Assembly (NCBI GenBank): GCA_051294905.1
Contig: CM119376.1
Coordinates: 16,306,001-16,370,000, forward strand
Direction: 5' to 3'
Length of the DNA stretch: 64,000 nucleotides
From: Botryllus schlosseri
Taxonomy: Eukaryota
The notes below the pieces were generated by a model. The model had not been told where the DNA came from. It did no database searches and worked only from the letters and a program-made list of their open reading frames with translations. Positions 62,801 through 64,000 of the stretch are shown here, piece after piece. The translations under genes and the position numbers were made by a program. Each line of letters starts with the position of its first letter. The first letter of the stretch is position 1.

Positions 62801-63056
62801 TTCGCGCAACGTGCGTATGAGAAAACAGACGGGAACATCCACCGTTCCTCCGCAACTGGAAGACGATGTCAAGCAAACCCTTACTAACTGTGCGCTACTG
62901 TTTTCTCCGGATCACGACGTGATTACGACTTTACCATTTGTTATTTCTGTGAACGCTATAGAAAATTTAGTAGAACTTTTTACCATTGGTTGTTGCTATA
63001 CCAGCAAAGACCCCTTGTACAATTGGCTTTTAGAGCTTCTAGTGAATGAGGATTGA
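53856..63056 (+). CDS. CFAP54: Cilia- and flagella-associated protein 54 (central-pair projection component), single-exon 3066 aa ORF
   Basis: Uninterrupted 9201-nt ORF. N-terminus LFDIWNKYALRLPTKFYHEKLMQIGDFL...ALHQCYSRFL, CTIRLYEMCRKLM..G and WRVTLYTAVCLAYYD, and the internal segment PILLARSNTAMVFKPAPF...WYRLFGR...VKVRLND match my recollection of vertebrate CFAP54; the length is also similar (~3100 aa). Confidence 0.9.
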   Translation: MAASLTNAALAEVRPAHASYYGKIDEKNPVIQAVGKELDEFCRYIVKSKPDTYKREPNEAMSRGSNWLFDIWNKYALRLPTKFYHEKLMQIGDFLLNQEVYEIALHQCYSRFLTVCHGNALKNNALTAVECRNKYFSDGFNAASTLPTCQALLGAFSCQFHVIRVTDPDFGRSDSVTRCVVILKSLQGFMQCIQRHEPLYWVMYNCTIRLYEMCRKLMVSGHSIKVVEYLVWACMCTEMSIPLLAVQFLTWRVTLYTAVCLAYYDCKAGALAEKFARRSLTKLQELSELESMSGAAENETTRLIFQQATVKMAAMVFKRTVFESRRRPKGVLRPKMRNNLKEAANLMWPRTQTEKLLSDMFVGGAAQFLAIIEALTDSHRRCLRPRQAAAENDVEMLDVYAELFFAGKEIIAGGGGGSSNQTIAGSDHSIMGGMRNDKSLIQLAAAGEDGVTLVSVVRFIKLAFCYEQWDTFTTLLDSALLYIKKYDEAGETEFKDLELCLAVMLLSGRVTRAKTVRKVLPSTSVSAANVTDDKGETQTATESSQLTILPNDDLINLAEAIYFCASNASLFSPMGKDQEILLDRDMVLDVCILLWKKAKSVLLRLRSNGQIENTSPKWMHLLQILNSCFVWCGIASVEPTILADVALHLASLLELSTTYGEISTQGLQKSRYSVASDVSHSQYHTKTDRLSCACEVLSNAINSLCAGITQTMSFTVNIQQDWDADTPTHENTSNLSPRDAMIQDFLVELLNAHHRIYFKLAKRSIKNVPSKGKNPNSERSSVMASQLHIQVPEYGKKKMLAHVRGNMVSNALLHTQRASIEYSDDFVKAEESLTKAMDLLKRAENEENKLQSLSKNTRYGNGQSSSVPSAPILLARSNTAMVFKPAPFQSDTPVAWYRLFGRTSAGPNVKVRLNDYFLQGTGNEVPAGEECTFRVEGITPNERYVFAVAAYTSNGTLVGNGIGATSEVMPAHYPMSILNAWCILAESALRVGSYRIAKQAAQVLWNHFVEPLVDPNFGQFSVSGHDFELSLYKLNKEVMDKSSEVLTRHAITSVFISVEVAIVENGLSSTNLTDEGPLRSSQIARLKECEKMLVAMELCSHLGDMNLLLQAATKCFGLLIPIMQVDVYMEPVVQVLVCCHVVLREACAGSLTHLPLSMSKSIHHMIASITFYLAKVFRAWGRPEACINIIETGKQLLVQNEAPGESSTSNVNLAQARKRGYKVVPKNTYNTSQELAALEERLSELTKEKNSAGELTGGEDASTVLSYIVTAKPMLAYKELAKFRRRSRYLEYFVHIMHKALINGMVEPAIEWSQEVLQWLRRRNDGLSVNYTILSADNGAIVMQGNDVSKYAAVIVNYSKNGKPKQRKKKMLTKKSKIIMKGKGDDQEDLERKALTVLEKYFLDMYKACVKRRKLRKLSNDEMPWRSRFNHLAGLLYFDILQQKLEKRLKQFKGDLIPSKSINLLDQNQWSLNQCGNIVLQPSFLTPAPVSPSSAPEMREYGISQGQPLLTCAKKAINAPFDADVPDPGMRVSPDYDVRAPSPQTQRTNSPASFTSGQTVDPTITSIQNNAIIDTFKIMMLSFRRALVLAHRGKSWTLLQNVSLSFLSCINYTFENTVNSQVPVMTRDVYRDLVCLPLTLAADFLLEMLVVMQCQEFNDGPSLSSYAGNIHDEKGGRNLHYDETIDDIHEYDFALIKEITFRCIEMLHFQRRSEQLVDICLRFSSLTHDRFAESILPIMIHAQHEIRKRVEENNGGSVPQTAWDSSGKTVTLSNENYIMSRLQTQPLQEDNEFQINIGGYIDPASHDVYGGGKRALALSCVPYDVERSLDTLHTTLEKSLYFSRALTHSRRLLGQYLASQYNKRTSDSSGGLTRQSRASSVSFVDVESKNQLSVPSNMNQTNFETRDDVETSPFTHLPTVISSYTKTIELLISHGETDLVSQAYHELGNLYHHSGNTKSALKVWNEGLDQLFCVRGAVSNWKNEFNSNKDVPELMLQRLGFWGCLLSIVLTCKIGEFSSIDIQKKTNCAILAAELAQALFRSSLPHPTSCSDYMSYEVFPLQVLQNNRKPNKSMPGATSIFPDVDMFSDKYRCEPRQFMSALHWLCENLVQLQFNLKAFPCLCLYQYIATFVCKDIQRSVQCRCIKLSALSDIRAFDAAINDMLFLLYGSRLPHPTEHTYREPDSALPAFHFSLTHSIESLENLKAMEVIVSKRISPELSQLYGPQLTCEITLQRSLILVELANCISCIPQRPSQKDLSLISPDQTTERLSPLPGYASGRRYTQYLADDTRSSISAMSTTSTSMKHVKKLFSKRDTPMTIALLKGILLCIAEAFLNAMLDPILRSNIKLLPSEVWLAVHCRLQLCSIEKQRQHTTFGASHAFNALQMMQNSGKFEFEVVQTKQGQRSGYKSKPGGTRSLFNEQVSYMGKAVDNLEQKYRARLNARLWLSTRLKLCEALQCQITGLGKVWTAMAERNGKESINFLQLYCAEGLAEAEVCNDREMQAYFLLSSSLSDSLTSEEAAKIMEDAILTLDELTDLSDAGTVSLAYGTVTAADLQLQGNKWTSSHAVQEFHNAHAIILLHLMQHGETIRHFENSASTVSVPLKNIYHRDLQILAHIKLRIGHANYFTLTENSPVEEWQSAAEILRDAKLLCDNCFVKDARLQAEINFELGKVTRAVYFSNGCDASSAKRTLQEAIKASPFTFPILSRNSQLELAMLGITLSNDTLKASQSSNSMTDISQIAVALHSAHCIAKGDQSRSMLQGSTEIVTGNFSDKCKKKLPEFVLLDLATDHRKTIPEVTVDDITIDPHVAGVLMESGEFTWIHVLYYRILLLRKFASLRIGETNRPQTSDSDDSDIMDFYPGDIKQTDQRSQAVKTPMFSTYLTTRLLVLHDYLKEHLTSYQATCKFSIFDSKSEMLLVQWYKLRQRKTLLWCATGTEKCGKILVSPSDIARLLSQIKTLLQKVEIHFGQTMAVQSKQRSRNVRMRKQTGTSTVPPQLEDDVKQTLTNCALLFSPDHDVITTLPFVISVNAIENLVELFTIGCCYTSKDPLYNWLLELLVNED

Positions 63057-63755
63057 AGAATTTGATTTCTGTTACCCATATTCTATGTTTAGATGCGTGT
63101 GTTATTTTTCAACAATTTACGCCATCACATAAAAATGTATTTATATTTTATGAATTGGGAATACTCGTTGTTTATTACAGAGCAAGACTATAATAGTAGT
63201 GTAATAATATAGTATTGCTGCTTTCAAAGCAAGCAAGTGGTAGTTGAGGAGCCTGAATGGAATCTGTGTCATGTGCTCACACAATTCTTAATTTTGATTT
63301 TTTTTTTATTCAATTACTTGAACTTGGAGAATCATCACTGCTCACATGTTATATTAGGCAAAAAGTACCGAGATTCCAGTAGGGATGAGGAGGTTTTCAG
63401 AGGTCATAATCCACTTTCCCACAGACTGTTTGGCTCTTCATGACGTGAAAATGATTTGATGATGCCATCGAATGAATAATATAATTTTCCGATGTCAGGA
63501 TACTATCAAGGGTTTGTTTGGCTAGGTTAGGCTTGTGATGTGGAGTTGATTAGTATTCGGCAGGTTTTTGAGGTTGATGCATGCGATGGCATTGTCTGTA
63601 ATAAAACCGAAGATGACCTTTCATCGGCGATTTTGAGGGGGTTCTGGTGCTCTGACACTGTTACTATTTGGATTTTCGGAATCAGTGTGACGATAGCAAT
63701 TGATTGATACCAGTCATTATGAATTCCGAGTTATTTATGATGATTTGCATTGTCG

Positions 63756-64000
63756 CAGGTGAGGCACGACCCCCCCCCCCCCGTGCCTCACCTGTACCTT
63801 TCCTTTCGCGCTGTATTTTTGAATAATAATTATGTAAATTGATGCTGTTGGGTGAAAAATATGTTCAAATTTAAATATTTATGAACATCGATGTAAAACA
63901 CCAATAATCATCGACTCATCAAGGGTTTTCACAATTTTCACTTACTCATGCACCCAGACAACAGGTGAGGCACTGCCTCACCTGCCTCATTGGACCGCAT
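63756..64000. mobile_element. hAT-type MITE with subterminal CAGGTGAGGCA hairpins, cut by the window end
   Basis: Perfect hairpins CAGGTGAGGCACG-(A,C-run)-CGTGCCTCACCTG (63756-63794) and CAGGTGAGGCA-C-TGCCTCACCTG (63962-63984). Confidence 0.55.

Noticed and set aside
53884-62887. Many 60-124 aa ORFs overlapping CFAP54, and similar shadow ORFs over KIF21, LIN7 and GT31 exons
   Set aside because: Alternative-frame or antisense by-products of real coding sequence with no recognisable motifs.

Overview
Eukaryotic genomic DNA from an invertebrate, most plausibly a tunicate/ascidian. That assignment is inferred from chordate-like proteins, 54-65 nt minimal introns, TTTCAG acceptors and dense hAT MITEs; it is not proven. 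Five protein genes can be reconstructed by hand. Four lie in tandem on the minus strand: a GT31 beta-1,3-glycosyltransferase (4 exons), a secreted, probably GPI-anchored carboxylesterase (10 exons), an intronless LIN7, and KIF21 (36 phase-consistent exons; final exon not found). A divergently transcribed CFAP54 on the plus strand is a single 9.2 kb exon encoding 3066 aa. Introns and intergenic DNA are packed with hAT elements and MITEs (many with exact 8-bp TSDs, several nested), tRNA-derived SINEs, a LINE 3' end and a decayed Penelope-like element. The most striking unannotated signal is a dispersed ~175-bp repeat family carrying a minimal type I hammerhead ribozyme. One copy has an intact core, and loop II can pair with the 5' leader. 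The three full copies face antisense to the local genes, and the one sense copy has the catalytic core deleted. Also notable are a foldback element carrying a telomere-like 23-bp G-rich variant minisatellite, a candidate LIN7-KIF21 operon, and apparent in-situ loss of all introns from CFAP54 and LIN7. All calls are from reading the sequence; no searches were run.
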